From Octopus vulgaris (lineage: Eukaryota): a DNA stretch of 64,000 nucleotides. The position numbers and the translations under genes were made by a program. Where the stretch lies: NCBI GenBank assembly GCA_951406725.2, contig OX597821.1, positions 116,250,001 to 116,314,000 on the forward strand, given 5' to 3'. Below are positions 49,388-63,512 of this stretch, piece by piece. Under the pieces are notes generated by a model, which was not told the origin of the DNA, did no database searches, and saw only the letters and a list, made by a program, of their open reading frames with translations. Numbering within the stretch: position 1 is the stretch's first letter; every line of letters begins with the position of its first letter.

Positions 49388-50385
49388 AGCCAGATGAGAC
49401 CATAACCCGTGGCCTATGCCAGGAGCATAACCAGCCCACTTATGCGTACCTTTTCCTTCTTTGGTCACTAAACTTTGCTTGCGAAGACCTGTTGAGGCAA
49501 GTGAAATCAAAATCAAAATCATTTCGATGACTGGCATCTGTGCTAGCAGGGTGCAAAGAGCACCATACGAGTGTGATCGTTGACAGAGCAGCTATTCGAG
49601 TATGATCATTACTAGTGTCACCTTACTGGCACTTATGCCTGTGCTAGTAGGGTGCCAAGAACACCATCCAAGCATGATTGTTGCCAGAGCAGCCAACTGG
49701 CTTCCATACCCATGGCACGTAAAAAGGGCACCATTCGAGTGTGATCATTACCAACATCGCTTCACTGGCACCTGTACCGGTGGTATGTGTAAAAAGATTC
49801 AAGCGAGGTCGTTGCCAGTACCGCCTGACTGGCCCCCATGCTGGTGGCATGTAAAAAGCACCCACTACACTCTTGGAGTGGTTGGCGTTAGGAAGGGCAT
49901 CCAGCTGTAGAAACTCTGCCAGATCAAGACTGGAGCCTGGTGCAGCTATCTGGTTTGCCAGCCCTCAGTCAAAATCGTCCAACCCATGCTAGCATGGAAA
50001 GCGGAAGTTAAACGATGATGATGATGATCATCATCATCATCATTATCATCATTTAATGTTCGTCTTCCATGCTAGCATGGGTTGGATAGTTTGACTGGAG
50101 CTGGCAAGCCAGAGGACTATACCAATCTCAACCGTCTGTTTTGGTATGGTTTTTATGGTTGGGTGCCCTTCCTTATACCAACCTCTTTGCAGAGTGGACT
50201 GGGTGCTTTTTACATGAAACCATGACTGGTGAGGTCTGCTTTGGCATGGTTTTTGTGGCTGGATACCCTTTCTAAGGCCAGTCCTTTTACAGAGTGGACT
50301 AGGTGCTGGCAAGGTTTGCTCTGGCATGGTTTTTATTGCTGGATACCCATCTAAATGTCAACCACTTTACAAAGCGGACTGAATA
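49388..50385. mobile_element. Two RTE-type 3' UTRs joined tail-to-tail (plus 49388-50030, minus 50030-50385)
   Basis: (GAT)n runs directly into (CAT)n, with a CCATGCTAGCATGG stem on each side. Confidence 0.85.
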
Positions 50386-51219
50386 TAATATGCTATGTGT
50401 CATCAATATACATTTAGTATGCTATATGTATTTGTATATATATATATTTATTCCACTGTTAATCATTCCACTTCATATATTCCACTGTTAGATTTTATAT
50501 TTAACTTACTGAGAGGTTTCATGTATTCAACCTTATTCTCTTTACTTACGAGCAAATACACCTGTCCTTTGGATGGTTTAAGTTGCTTAGGTGGTATTTT
50601 TTCACCAAATAATTCAACTCTTGAGAAGGTTTATGAGTAGCATGGCAATCTATGTTTCCAATTAACCTAGGGACAGAAAGCCAAATTGAAGGCTGGTTAT
50701 TGTGGAGGTCATTACACTTCAATGATAATAGACCATATAAGTTTTCAAGTGATGCAAAGTAGGGCTACTGAAGTGTTTTGGAAGTGGATTATAGATAATG
50801 ACTACAAAATATAGTTGTTTTACATGAAAACAAAATTTCTTGTAAGAAACAGCCATATAAATGGTGTAAGGAAATTGAAGGAAGACATCGAAACTGTGAT
50901 TTCATAGGTATTCCAGGAATCTCAAATGAAGAAATCCTGAAACACTTTACCAAATTTTGCTGCTTTATTTCTAATTAAAATGATCATTTAAAGCAGATAA
51001 TTAGAGAAGGAAATTAAAATTTTGTGTTTTGACTTTGAAATTTGTTTATTGTATTGATTCAAAATTTGCAATGGAAACCTGTCAAAATTGTCAATTTTAT
51101 TGAAAATAGACTATTGCATTCAACTTATGATGAAAGTAAACAAAATTTGTTTTAGAAACATTGAGATGTATTGAAAGATAGAGAAATATTTTATTCTCAA
51201 ACACATGGTAATGATAATA

Positions 51220-51530
51220 CAATAGCATGGACAGGATAAACTATCCATATATTGCGGAAAAAAATCATTACCAGCCAGCTAGCCATGAGACTCAAGCTCA
51301 CATCCCTGTGATTAAATGCCAAACACTTTAACCTTTAAGCTAAACTGCCCAGTAATGAATTTGTCTGCAATTTTAGGATTTATAAATCTAGCTTTATAAG
51401 ACACTAACATTAAATTCAACTTATGATTAAAGTAAACACGTAATCACAGGGATGTGAGTTCAAGTCTCATGGCTGGCTGCTGACCACTTTTTCTGCAATA
51501 TATGGATAGTTTATCCTGTTCAAGTTATTG
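51220..51530. mobile_element. TA-flanked MITE with ~95-bp imperfect TIRs (Tc1/mariner-like)
   Basis: TA|CAATAGCATGGACAGGATAAACTATCCATATATTGC ... GCAATATATGGATAGTTTATCCTGTTCAAGTTATTG|TA. Confidence 0.75.
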
Positions 51531-51615
51531 TAGTAGACTATTGTATATTTATGTTAATCCTGATCTTCATTTACTGGGATTTTATTTTTATAACTTAGCA
51601 TATTATTATTGTATT

Positions 51616-51830
51616 TAAGGCAGTGAGCTGGCAGAATCGTTAGCGTACCAGGCAAAATACTTGGTGGCATTCTGTCTGTCTTTATATTCTGTGTTGAAAT
51701 TCCACTGAGGTCATCTTTGCCTTTTATCCTATCAGGATCAATAAAATAAATACCAGTTGAGCACTTGGGTTGGTGTAATCGACTTATCTCTTCCTCTGAA
51801 ATTGCTGGCCTTGTGCCAAAATTTGAAATC
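51616..51830 (+). mobile_element. SINE family 1 copy (CpG-depleted)
   Basis: Head and core motifs. Confidence 0.8.
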
Positions 51831-53479
51831 AGTATTAATATTGTATTTTTTTTACCATTACTTTTTGTTGTTTAGCCCAAGGTAGACACAGGTGATCAAA
51901 CCTGTGATTAAAGATGTTCTGGCCATGACTATCCAAACTTCTACACATTTAGAGAACTACATTGTCCAATATATCCTTTTATTTTATTTTTTTTTTCAGG
52001 ATTGTAGAACTTGATCTGAGACAGATTTGGCTGCTAATTCTAAAGATGAAGTATGCATGGGTCTTTCCTTTTTATGGATGATTTGTTGGTTGTTAGTTTT
52101 TAGCCTTAAATCAACTGTGATTGAGCAGACCTATGATTTAAAAGCATTCCAACAAGAATTATAAATTTTTTAAGGCTGTCTAAGATTTCATTATCCCAGT
52201 GAGCCCTTCTTTTTTTGTAAGATGCTAAAGTTTGACTTCTTGCTAGTTGAATGTTTTTATAGCTGTTCCCCTTGATGTGCTGGTTTTTGTACCAAGATCA
52301 ACTAACATCATATGAAAATAAGAAATATACAGGTTGCAATAAATTGCTGGGAAAAAATAGGAATGTGTGTGCTAACTTCTGTAATGTTTCCAGTATCTTC
52401 ATGGTGATCTGTGTATGTGTATTTAGCTGATAATATATAATGAATCAGGGAAGTGATAAATCTTAGTTGAACTGTCAGTGGAAAGAAATGTATGATGAAA
52501 TTCACTTACTGGTAATATATAGACACTTAAATTCATTCCACAAACAACTTATTTTATGAAAAAGGGATGAAGATGTTTGTGTGTGTTGTGGGGTGCATTC
52601 AAAGCTTTCTGTTGTGAATATTATGATTCTAGTTTGAGCAAAGAAGAGAAACTGATGGAAAATTCGAATAATATAAAGTAATATAGGAAAATTTAGAAGA
52701 GAAAAGAATCTTGAAAACAGAAATAAGAAATTTTCCCAGGGATGCCTTCTGCATAAAGAATGTATATTTAAAGTGGGAACTAAAATAAAGTGAATTAAAT
52801 TATGTTTTAATCAATTAAAATTAAGCCTATAATGAAAAGAAAGATCATTAGTATTAATGATAATTCTTATCATTGGCAAGAGACACAATTTTGAAATTCA
52901 TATTGATTAAAAATTAAATGGGAGTAGATAGTGGGGCAGGTAGTCAGAGCTGTGGAAAATTTAGACATGTTAATACAAGTGAAAAGTGCATAGCAGTTTT
53001 TTATGAAGATTGCAAAGCATCTTGAGTAAGTGTCTTCTATTAAAACCCTAAGCCAGCCAATGTCTTGTGCATGAATTTGGTTGATGGAAAATGTATGGAA
53101 GCCTGTTGTGTGTGTGTCTTTGTTTGTCCCCCATCTCTCTGCTTGACAACCAGGGTTGGTTTTCTTATATCCTCATAACTAAGTGGTTTTGGCTAAATAA
53201 CTGATCAAATAAGGACCTGACTTAAAAAAAAGAGGTGTAGGTACTGGAGTCAATTTGTTTGACTAAATCCTTTCAATGGGGTGTCCCAGCATGGCCATAG
53301 ACCAATGACTAAAATAAGTAACAGACAAAGGTAAAAACAATGACATTGGCATTTCATAGAATTGCAAAGCATTAATTCTGGTCTGTCAATCAGTTTATAT
53401 TCACATGAAACTGCAACCACCAAATCCTAGAAATATTTTATTCTCATCAGAGCTTTTAATTACTGCCATCTCTTCCAAG

Positions 53480-54260
53480 ATTTGCTGATTTCTATGTTTT
53501 TATGTCTTCAATTACTCTATTCATTGACTTTCATTCAGTCTCTAGAATTATCTCTGCTGGATTTCCTCTCCTTATTTCTTTACACTTTTTCTCTTTCAAT
53601 CTCTCCTAATTACATTTCTATTTCAATGTCTTCCCATATCTATACATTATTCCTATGCCAAAATATAAACGATTGTCCCTTAGAAAAACTATCTCTTACA
53701 AGATAAATCCTTCTTTCTATTTTTAAAATCCAAATAAGCATTTAAGAGTACATTCAGGAAGTTAGCCCTCGTAAATGTATTGTCAGTCTTCACATTTCTC
53801 ACCTCTTAGCTGTAATTTTTGACCTTGCTGTTTTGTTTACCTTCTAAATTCACTGACACTAATCTTTGCTTTGAGAAGAGAGAAATATTTATTTCTTAGC
53901 AAGGACAAGTTTTGTATTGACAGCCATTTATGTGTCTCATTCTGCAACTTAGCCTCCCCTGACTGGTACAAAACCAGTTTGTTGATTGGCTTTTGGAAGT
54001 TTATGTTATAAATAACAAATAGTCTTCATAAAACTGCAGCCTTCACTCTGTATCCTTTGTGTTATGGTCATAGATTCTGTTTATTCCAGTACTTCCCTGC
54101 AGGACAATTAAAATCCTCTGTTACAGTAATGATGTCTCCTGGCATCAACCATTGTAATAAATTTCACTAGAGCCTTATGATAACAGTCCTTCTATCCAGC
54201 TTTTTATCTTACATTTTGTGATTATGTATAGATTATATGGGAATCATGTAAGCAATCCCA
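53480..54260 (-). pseudogene. Ancient RTE endonuclease/linker remnant
   Basis: Minus-strand fragments IITVTEDFNCPAG and VIYNINFQKPINKLVLYQSG parallel FVAGDFNGHVG and VCNTNFRKPTSHLVTYRSG in the 4418-7742 element. Confidence 0.55.
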
Positions 54261-55866
54261 GCATTGTAATTTTATCTCTCTCTCTTCGACTAGAGCAATT
54301 ATATTATCTCTCCACTTCTCAAACCACACTTATTGTCTGAAAGGTAGTGTTATTATAAGAAAGAACATATAGTTGCTTATCTGTGGTTGATATAGCTGAT
54401 GATGTGTCCACACATATTGAATAAGTGGCACCTGGGTTAGCCCTTGAATTTGCTAGTGCTACACCTCCTATACAGTTTATACAACAAGCTGAAAAGTGCT
54501 GCCTCCATATAAACGCCACCCAGGGTGGACATCCTTCCCTCCCAGCTACTATATATATTAAATCATGTATGTTATGACATTTCTTCCCTTTCTTGGACTC
54601 AACTTTTCTATGTTCTTACATTAGTACAAGCTAGTTAAAACTGATTTGCTAAGAAGTGTTGAGGTACTTGATGATCCTGTCGGTTCTTGTGCCACATAAA
54701 AAGCACTGGTGCTGGTGACATAAAAAGTACCTCATACATTCTGTAAATTGGTTGGCATTAGGAAGGACATCCAGCTGTAGAAACCATGCCAACACAGACA
54801 ATGGAACCTTGTGTGGCTCCTGGTTTGTCAACGTCTGTCAAACTATTCCACCCATGCCAGCATGGGAAATGGATGTTAGATGATGATGTAGCTAATTGCT
54901 TGTATTATAGTATTTTTGTTCATTTTAATATTCTTTATTAATCAGTTGTAATTTCCCCCAGTATATTTCACTTCTATTAAATTAAATTTAAAATTAATTT
55001 TTCTATAGTTCAGAGATGTTAATAAACCCTATATATATATATGATATGTATATAATTATACGATGTCAAAGAAATCATACTTTATTAGTTTCATTATATA
55101 GAATTTATCTCTATCTTATCTTACTTAAAATTATTTGAATTAAATCAACTAATCAAAATGTATCCATTTTGATCAGTGGGTAATAGTTAACTAGTATAAA
55201 AAAAAGTAATTAATGTGATAGTAATAATAGTAATTACGGCAACACTTCAAGAAATAAAGCTTGGGCTCTGACTTTTTGTTGACTTTCACACTGGCTTTTG
55301 ACATCTGCTTCAATGCACATTGTTTGAAATATAAATGGTCATCACACATTCATTTAATCATCCCAATGTTTTTAGGTTAATTTCAATTTCATTGTTTTCT
55401 ATTAATCATTTTAATCATTATGGCATCTCTGACAAAGTGTTATCAAGAATTAAAATCTGACAGATTCTCATATCTAGAGATTTTTGTTTACGATGCTTGA
55501 TAATTAATTGTGCTTACCAAACAGCTCAGCATTTCAGTTCTATTAAATAGAAATAAGCTTTTTTATCTGCTGAATCAGTATTAGGAAATGTTGGAACATG
55601 CTATCTAAAATGTTTGCACATTAGTTGCTTTACATTCAATATCAAGTGTTACATTTTTCTCCTCTTGATAAAAAAATTAGTCAGCAGAAGTAAGAGGAAA
55701 TTCCCAACCATTGCAATCTTTTTCAGATTGTTGAAGTCAATGTGGTTGATATTCAGGTTGAATTTTTTGTACGAAGCCAAACCAGACACGAGCCTGAAGC
55801 AGCTCTTCAGCTTACCATCTCCAGTCAAACCTTCTAACCCATGCCAGTATGGAAAACGGACTTTAA

Positions 55867-56087
55867 CCATTTCGTTAATGTATTTATTCTGAGATGCTCT
55901 GTGTTTCTTTCAATTACTTTAAATATAACAAAGAATTTAGTAAAATAACTTAGTTATCATTCAGCCACTGTTAGGAACATAAATTGTGACTAAGGTTTGG
56001 TGGAAGATTTTAATTCAAAACTTATGAAAACAAGACATTTGTACTACAGAGCCAGAGCCAGTTTCAGCTGGGTTGGTAACGAAATGG
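55867..56087. mobile_element. piggyBac-type MITE (family P1) inserted in an RTE 3' tail
   Basis: TTAA|CCATTTCGTTA ... TAACGAAATGG|TTAA; internal sequence matches 12212-12431. Confidence 0.9.
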
Positions 56088-57832
56088 TTAAATGGCAATG
56101 ACGATGATGATGATGATGATGATGATGATGACAACTTCACTCAAGGTCAATGACATTATTTTCCCAATAATTTTGAAGACTGAATGATGACAAGGTGTGT
56201 GATAGAGGAGAGCAAATCTTCAATAATTTTGACTGTACAGAATATGTATTACTGATCACTGAGAAAGGTAAAGATAACTGGTTTCAAATTTTAGCACAAG
56301 GCCAGCAATTTCAGGAAAGGGGTTAAGTTGGTTACATCAACCCTAGTGCACAACTGGTACTTATTTTAACGACCCCAAAGAGATGAAAGGCAAAGTCAAC
56401 CTTGGCAGAATTTGAACTCAGAACATAAAGCCAGATGAAATGCTCCTAAGTATTTTGCCCAGTGTGCTAACAATTTTGCCACTTAATGGTTCTGCTAGTT
56501 AAAGATAATTAAAAGAAGTTTAAAGAATATGGTTGTTTACAACTGTTTCCATCATCTTTGAGATGTTGAGGTGGGAAGTCTTAGCTGTTAGGGTCAGAGT
56601 GAGGCTTGAGCTACAAATGTTTCCATCCTAACAATGCCCATACTAACCTTTTAAGCATATATGAAATTGATTTTAATTATTGCCGCTTTCATGTTTTTGT
56701 TTGGCTCCAGATCAGTTCTTATAATCAAAGACAGTTCAGCCATGACTATCTTGTTTATTTAGAGGTTTGTGGGACTAGTGTATCTAACATGTCCTGTGCT
56801 TACTCAAGATGATAGGATATGATGCAAGGGTGCTCAACTGTTGTTTTTAGCCTGTTGAATGACCACATAGATATGCTCATTGTCTTAGCGGACCATCCAC
56901 TCTCTCTTTCTTTGGCTCATGCAACCATATAGAAGCTTCCTCAGACTCCCTTGTTGGCTTGTCTCTTTCACTTGATAATTATGTTGGCTATCTCCTATTA
57001 GATTTTTCCATAAACCAGAATTGTTTCTTTTTGATGTGGCAATCAGTAGCAGGAGGAGGACATGTTTGAATATGATTACAAAGCTATTCAAAAACAAACA
57101 TTGTTTTTTTATATGTATAAGACAATTTCGCCAAACAAATGTCAGCCTCAATATATTTTGTAAACAGTGAAAGTGAATATTTTAAAAATGGTGATAGGGA
57201 AATTCCTTTCTTTCTTGTTAATATTTTGTTTTTATTTATTTATGTTTTGTTTTCTAATATGTTTAAATCCGGTTAGACATAGTTTAATATTGACTCAGTA
57301 ACCATTTTGCATAATATTATACTCTCTTTACAGTGAATATTATCATTACAATTAGTTCAATGCTGTTAGGAATTTATTGATTATTTATTTTGTCATGGAT
57401 TTGTGATCTTAAAGAATTACAAATATTTGTGAACTTATTCCATAATTCATTATACTATTACAAATTCTTTGATGCACAGCAAATATTTTGTTTCCATATT
57501 TGGCGAATATCTGTGATTGATTTTTAACAATTGCTTGAATATTTTTGAAATGCATTCAAAGCCAACTTATAACTAAATATTTATTTTATATCTCAATACC
57601 TTTTATTTGTTTCACTCATTAAATCATTTCTACTTTACTTTACTTGTTTTTCTTTTGACATTTTTGTAAATTAAAACAAATATTTTCTCCAAGAACTTCA
57701 AATTTCATTTTATAATTTACAACTGATTATAATCTTTCTGACCTTAAATGATTAATTTCGTTTTAATAATACTAAAATATTCTGTTGACCTCATATATCA
57801 TTTCACCCCTTGTTGGCAAAATACAACTTTAG

Positions 57833-58280
57833 ATCATCATCGTCGTCATCATTTAATGTCCGTTTTCCATGCTGGCATGGGTTTGACAGTTTGACTGGGG
57901 ACTGGCAAGCCAGGAGGCCGCACCAGGCTCCAATCTGATCTGGCAAGGTTTCTACAGCTGGATGCCATTCCTAACACCAACCACTCTGAGAGTGTAGTGG
58001 GTGCTTTTTATGTGCCACCAGCACAGGAGCCAGTCAGGTAGCACTGGTATTGGCCACGTTTAGATGGTGCTTTTTACATGATACCAGTGCAGGAGCCAGT
58101 CAGGGGAGAGGGGCTGGCATCGACAATGTTTGGATGGTGATTTTTATGTGCAACCAGCCTGGGGAGCCGGTCAGACAGCACTGGTAACAACCCATGCATG
58201 CATGGTGCTTATTGTGTGCCACCAGCACAAGAGCCAGTCAGTCAGCACTGCCATCAGCCACATCTACAATTTCCATTTGA
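57833..58280 (-). mobile_element. RTE family A 3' UTR fragment with tandem units
   Basis: Terminal stem plus four diverged units. Confidence 0.8.
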
Positions 58281-58550
58281 TTGTGTGATTTCAAATTTTG
58301 GCACAAGGCCAGCAATTTTGGGGAAGAGGTTAAGTCAGTTACATTGATCCCAGTGCTCAACTGGTACTTATTTTATCAACCCCAAAATAATGAATGGCAA
58401 AGTGAGCATTGGTTGAATTTGAACTCAGAATGTAGATGGACAAAAGGCTGCAAAGCATTTTGCCTGTCATGCTAATGATTCTGCCAGCTTGCCACCTAAC
58501 CCTAACCGTAACCTCATGAACATATTAATATCAGAGTATATTAGATATGT

Positions 58551-58845
58551 GGAAGCACATGGCCTAGTGGTTAGAGAAGCAGACTTGCAGTCGAGAGATC
58601 ATGGGTTCGAATCTCAGACCAAGTGATGTGTGTGTTTATGAGCGAAACACCTAAGCTCCATGCGGCAGAAGGTAAAGGCAAACTTCTGCTGACACTTTTG
58701 CCACAACTTTCTCTAACTCTTTCCTCCTGTATCTTGTAGCTCACCTGCAATGGACCGGTGTCCCATCCAGGTGGGGAACCTATACACCAAGGAAACCGGG
58801 AAACCAGCCCTTATGAGCCAGGTGTGGCTCGAGAAGGAACAAACA
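58551..58845 (+). mobile_element. tRNA-derived SINE related to family 3, tail type c
   Basis: A/B boxes, shared GAGCGAAACACCTAAGCTCCA core, distinct tail (TGGACCGGTGTCCCATCCAGG..GAAACCGGGAAACC). Confidence 0.82.
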
Positions 58846-61153
58846 TTCAATATAGTAGGGGTATAAGGTAGTGAGCTGGCAGAAATGTTAGCATGCCGGG
58901 CAAAATGCTTAGTGGTATTTCGTCTGTCCTTACATTCTGAGTTCAAATTCCGCCTAGGTTGACTTTGCCTTTCATCCTTTGGGAATGTAAAATATCGGAA
59001 TCACAACTTTCAGCCTTTAGCTGCAATAAAGCCAAATACATGACCATGGTTTGTTGATAACAAGCACAAGAAATAGTATTAGTTCCCTTAACCATTATAA
59101 ATAAAAGTTTAGAATATAAATAATTTAACCAGGTTGTCTTTGCAGGATTACTTCTTGTAGACATTGTTAGACATAACTTTGCACATATTATAAGATGGGA
59201 GAGACTGTCTCTGCATATTTCAAAATAATCATGAAGTTATTTGATTTCCAATAAATTATTTCCTTGCATAATAGATTAAAAATATTTCCTCATAAATCTC
59301 AATGTGGTTAGAATATTGAGTATAAATTGAAGTCTTTAAAATCACCAAAAGTTATTGGATTATTTACAGCCATACAGCTGATCAACACTAGTCTTGATCT
59401 TTCATCATATTTTATGTAAAGTTCAGCAATCTTGAAATTTGGTTCACCATTTTTTCCATGACATCCTAATCTGCAGATATTCTCCATTGATGGCATTGGT
59501 ACTTTTTTTTCCCAATAATAATAATCCATTCACATCACATGTTCACAACAACATGCACAATAAATAATTTACCATGTTGATAGTGTAAAATACTATCGTA
59601 CAATATTGAACTGTTAGATAACAAATAATGTTTAATTGCTAATAATGTATCCTAAACCATCATTTTCATTATTGTTTCAATGAGTTAGTTTTACTAGTTA
59701 TATTTTTATTGTTATAACTTAAAACTCTTTAAGACAGCCTTATCCTCTATCAATATGGAGTTAATATAATAATTATCAGTAAGATATTAATTTTGAGTTG
59801 TCTATATTTTCAATTAGCTACACTCTTTCCTCTCACAGAAAGGGTGCCAAAGCAAAATCACTTATGTTGTTGCTGCTGTTAGTCCTGAATCATGTAGACA
59901 TCTGATCAAAGACATTTTATCCATAATCTTCCCTCTTTTTCTATATACATTACCCAAAGTATCTATCCTTTTTAAAGGTGTTGGCTCTTGTTTCTAGCTG
60001 GGCGACTGTGCTTAAAGGGCTAAAGTAAAGTGAGTACACTAAATTATTTATGGGGTTTGATTTGGTGTTTCACTTCCCTGATTGCAAGTCCTGTCAAAGT
60101 TGAGATGTTGTTTATTTATTTAGTTTGATGTTGATCTTTAAGTATTAATTTCATATTCAATTCCTATGCACCTGAATTATTAGAAAGAGCAAGTAAAATC
60201 TGAATCTCACTATCTTTAGGACTTTAAAGAGAGTATAAATTAAATTAGTCTGGGAATCAGAAGCCAAATTAGAATATTAGCATATCAACATATGTACCTC
60301 AGAAGATAGTAATTTTGCAGATCAGATGTATTTCTTTATAAACTGAGCTAATCTATATTGTAATGGAAATAGTTATGAACTCCCATCTGCTCTGAAAGCT
60401 GGTATTGCTTTTTTCAACTCAACCATTTTACCATTTAACCACACCAGTTCTGGATAAATTTCTTTATGGACATTTCCCAGCCACTCTTCCGAATGTGAGT
60501 AGCGATGAAGTTCCACTACAACAAGAAGCTGCTTGTTCCCACCTCTCATAATTTAACACCACATCTACTAACATAAAGCTTCCCCCACCATCTTGGGTTT
60601 TGTAGTCTTGCAAGCTCACTAGTACCAGTGGCATAAATAAAACCATCTAATACATGCTATAAAGTGCTTGGCATTATGAAGGACAAAGCAGACACCATCC
60701 AACCCATGCTAGCATGAAACATCATCATCATCATCATCATCATCATCACTTAATTCAGTTTTCATGCTGTCATGGGTTGGACGGTTTGACAGGGGCTGAT
60801 TAGGCAGAAGCTTGCACTAGGCTTCACTGTCTGTTTTGGCAGGGCTTTTACAGCTGGATGCCCTTCCTAACAACAACCACCTTACAAAGTGGACTAAGTG
60901 CTTTTTACATGGATATTATAATATGACAATGATATATGGAGGTCCTCAAATTTCGCTTCATTTATATTTTTGGTCATGCATTTGAGTTGAAAACATCACT
61001 AATGAACCTTTCCATTTATTTTGCAATGATGTCAGTTTTAGTGTAATTCTGACATAGAAGAATTTGCTATATATACGTAGTAGATAAAGAAAAAGGCATT
61101 AACTTTCAATAAATTATTTTTATTTGTTTCCACTATCTTTGCTTTATTATTAA

Positions 61154-61524
61154 CTAGCAATATCACCCAGCATTGTTCGGATTTGTTTCGACCCTTTAGA
61201 ATTGGAATTTTTGAAAAGTAAAAATTTTGCATTATGTAGCTTGTTATTCTCTTTAAATACACTGATAAATGGCAACACAGCAGTAAAAATATCGTAAAAA
61301 ATAGGGATTTTCATAGAAGAAAAGCACCTTTTTGATGTAAATAATTTTTGGTGTTAACATGGTCTGATTTGAATTTTTTCTTCTACAGAAGGAAGAGCAA
61401 GCCTTCTTCTATCATATTCTCAATTGTGGTCAACTTGCGCCGCAGGGTCTCGGAGGAGATAGTGTTAGTTGAAGGCTACCAAACCTGCCACACACAGACA
61501 ACTTCAGCTTTAAATATAGAGAGA
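61154..61524 (-). mobile_element. Non-autonomous Helitron (same family as 1908-2298)
   Basis: TC...CTAG ends, A|T insertion site, colinear interior. Confidence 0.85.
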
Positions 61525-62525
61525 TAATGCAATAGTGTTTAAACCAGTAGCTGTTTTGACATTGTGGCCTGTGCACCTTGTGTGTGAAAATGCTTTCTTA
61601 GGTGTAGCTTGAGAACACAATAAATATTTATTACTTATCAAATTTAAATCCATATGCAACAAACATCAAATGCAAAAGATATTCTTCATTTATTATTTCC
61701 AGCTTGTGTTTTGAGTTTAAATCTTGCCGAAGTTGACATTGCCTTTCATCCTATCAGGGGTAATAAAATAAGTACCAGTCAAGTACTGGGCTGGGGGGTG
61801 GTCAATGACTTCACCCTCCCTTCAAAGCCGTGTGTCAGAATTTGAATCCATTATTATAATTTTTATAAATATTTTGTGTTGCATCAACGAATAAATAAAT
61901 AAATAAACATTTTATGAATGATATTATTTAGAAATGGATTGAAGCTTTTTGTACCCGTGAAGGGTGATTGATATGTGTATCAGAATATCAAGAATCGCCA
62001 ATAGTTCGAAAATATTATCGGTTTATCAGGAGTTTTCTCCCTTATATTACTTGTTATTTAATGCTTGTGGAACGTGTATGTGAAGCCCTGTCACAATCGA
62101 TATTAATCCTACCGTCTCAGGATATTTTAATTAACATAATCATTTAGCCTTCTTAAACAATTTATTTATGTGTTATGGAAAGTGTTTTAAATATCTTAAA
62201 TAGTCAAAGGTCGACTGAAAGTTTCATCTTTTGTCTCCTTGATGTTCTGAAAACTGGTCTTGAGTATGTGTTGTATGAATCCTTAAAGTTCGCCAAAGAA
62301 ATAAATTTTTGCTCTATTATATAGGAAATACATATGAGGCCTAACGAATAATTCCTAAATTCTAGTGAATAGTGAGATTACTCTATATGAATTTTACTTA
62401 AATATGTATATATCTTTATTCAGTTTATTTCAGGGTTTCTTGCCAATAGAGAAAGAACCGGTTTCTAACCTAGATCCAAGGCTCCTTCACTGGAATTTCA
62501 ATATCAACAACAGGGTATTTTTTTT

Positions 62526-62765
62526 GTATGTATGTATGTATGTATGCATGTATGTGTGTATGTATGTATCTATGTATGTATGTATGTATGTATGTGTGTG
62601 TGTATGAATGTATGTATGTATGCATGCATGTATGCATGCATGTATGTATGTATGTATGTATGTGTGTGTGTGTGTGTGTGTGTGTTTGTGTGTATGTATG
62701 TATGTATGTATGTATGCATGTATGTGTGTATGTATGTATGTATGTATGTATGTGTGTATGTATGT
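62526..62765. repeat. (TATG)n/(TG)n microsatellite
   Basis: Direct inspection. Confidence 0.95.
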
Positions 62766-63228
62766 ACAAATTTGTATGTTTTATGTATGCATTCTCATGC
62801 TTATAGTTGCATATCTATTTAAATGATAAACTCCTGGGAAGTTTTACAAATGTTTACTGTTCCAGTAATGGATTGGATCTGTAGTCTTCGAATTAGTTTT
62901 CTCCTTTCTGGTTCTGAGAAGCCTAATTTCTCAAGATTGGTATTTAGGCATTGTGTTACCTATCCCAGTGCCCCAATAATTACAGGTATAAAGCTGAACT
63001 TGTAATCTGCATAGAGTAACTTTTGTGCATCAGGTACTTGGTTGATATTACCTGTTCCTAGATTGCAAACACATACCCTTCAAAGTGGGAGGTAGTAATC
63101 CAGCTACTTTGAAGATCGATGTTACTATCATCACGCAGCTTTCTACTAACATATCCATGCATAGTCTTCTGCTCATATAGGCTCATCCTTTCATCTGATA
63201 CACTGTGGCAGAGTCGTGCGGCTTCTTT
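62766..63228 (-). pseudogene. Internally deleted R4/Dong-like non-LTR 3' fragment within (ACAT)n
   Basis: Hand translation: EQKTMHGY..SHFEGYVFAI*EQVISTKYL joined near 63020 to YKFSFIPVIIGALG*V..LEKLG..LQIQSITGTVNICK; the zinc knuckle and REL core are missing. Confidence 0.75.
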
Positions 63229-63512
63229 ATGTATGTATGTGTGTGTGTGTGTATGTGTATGTATATATATTTATATAAAGATTGATAAGGCTGGTCTATG
63301 GAATTACCCTGGGTTTCACGTCCATAAAGCACTTAAGTTTACAGCATATCAAACCCTAAACCTGTTCAGTAACCAGCCTAGGGTAATCCCAGAGACTAGC
63401 TTAATCTATCTTTATCTATATCTATATGCTATACTGCTCTATAACTTAGAGTGTGCTTCTGTTTTGGATCTATGATTTACCGACGATATGTGTGTGTGTG
63501 TGTGTGTGTATA

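Noticed and set aside
50790-51005. Possible Tc1-like transposase C-terminal relic
   Set aside because: Weak similarity with stops and no TIRs identified.
59080-59560. 73-aa minus ORF (59308-59529) as a host exon or piggyBac transposase relic
   Set aside because: Only faint motif resemblance across frameshifts; needs tBLASTx/HMM search to decide.
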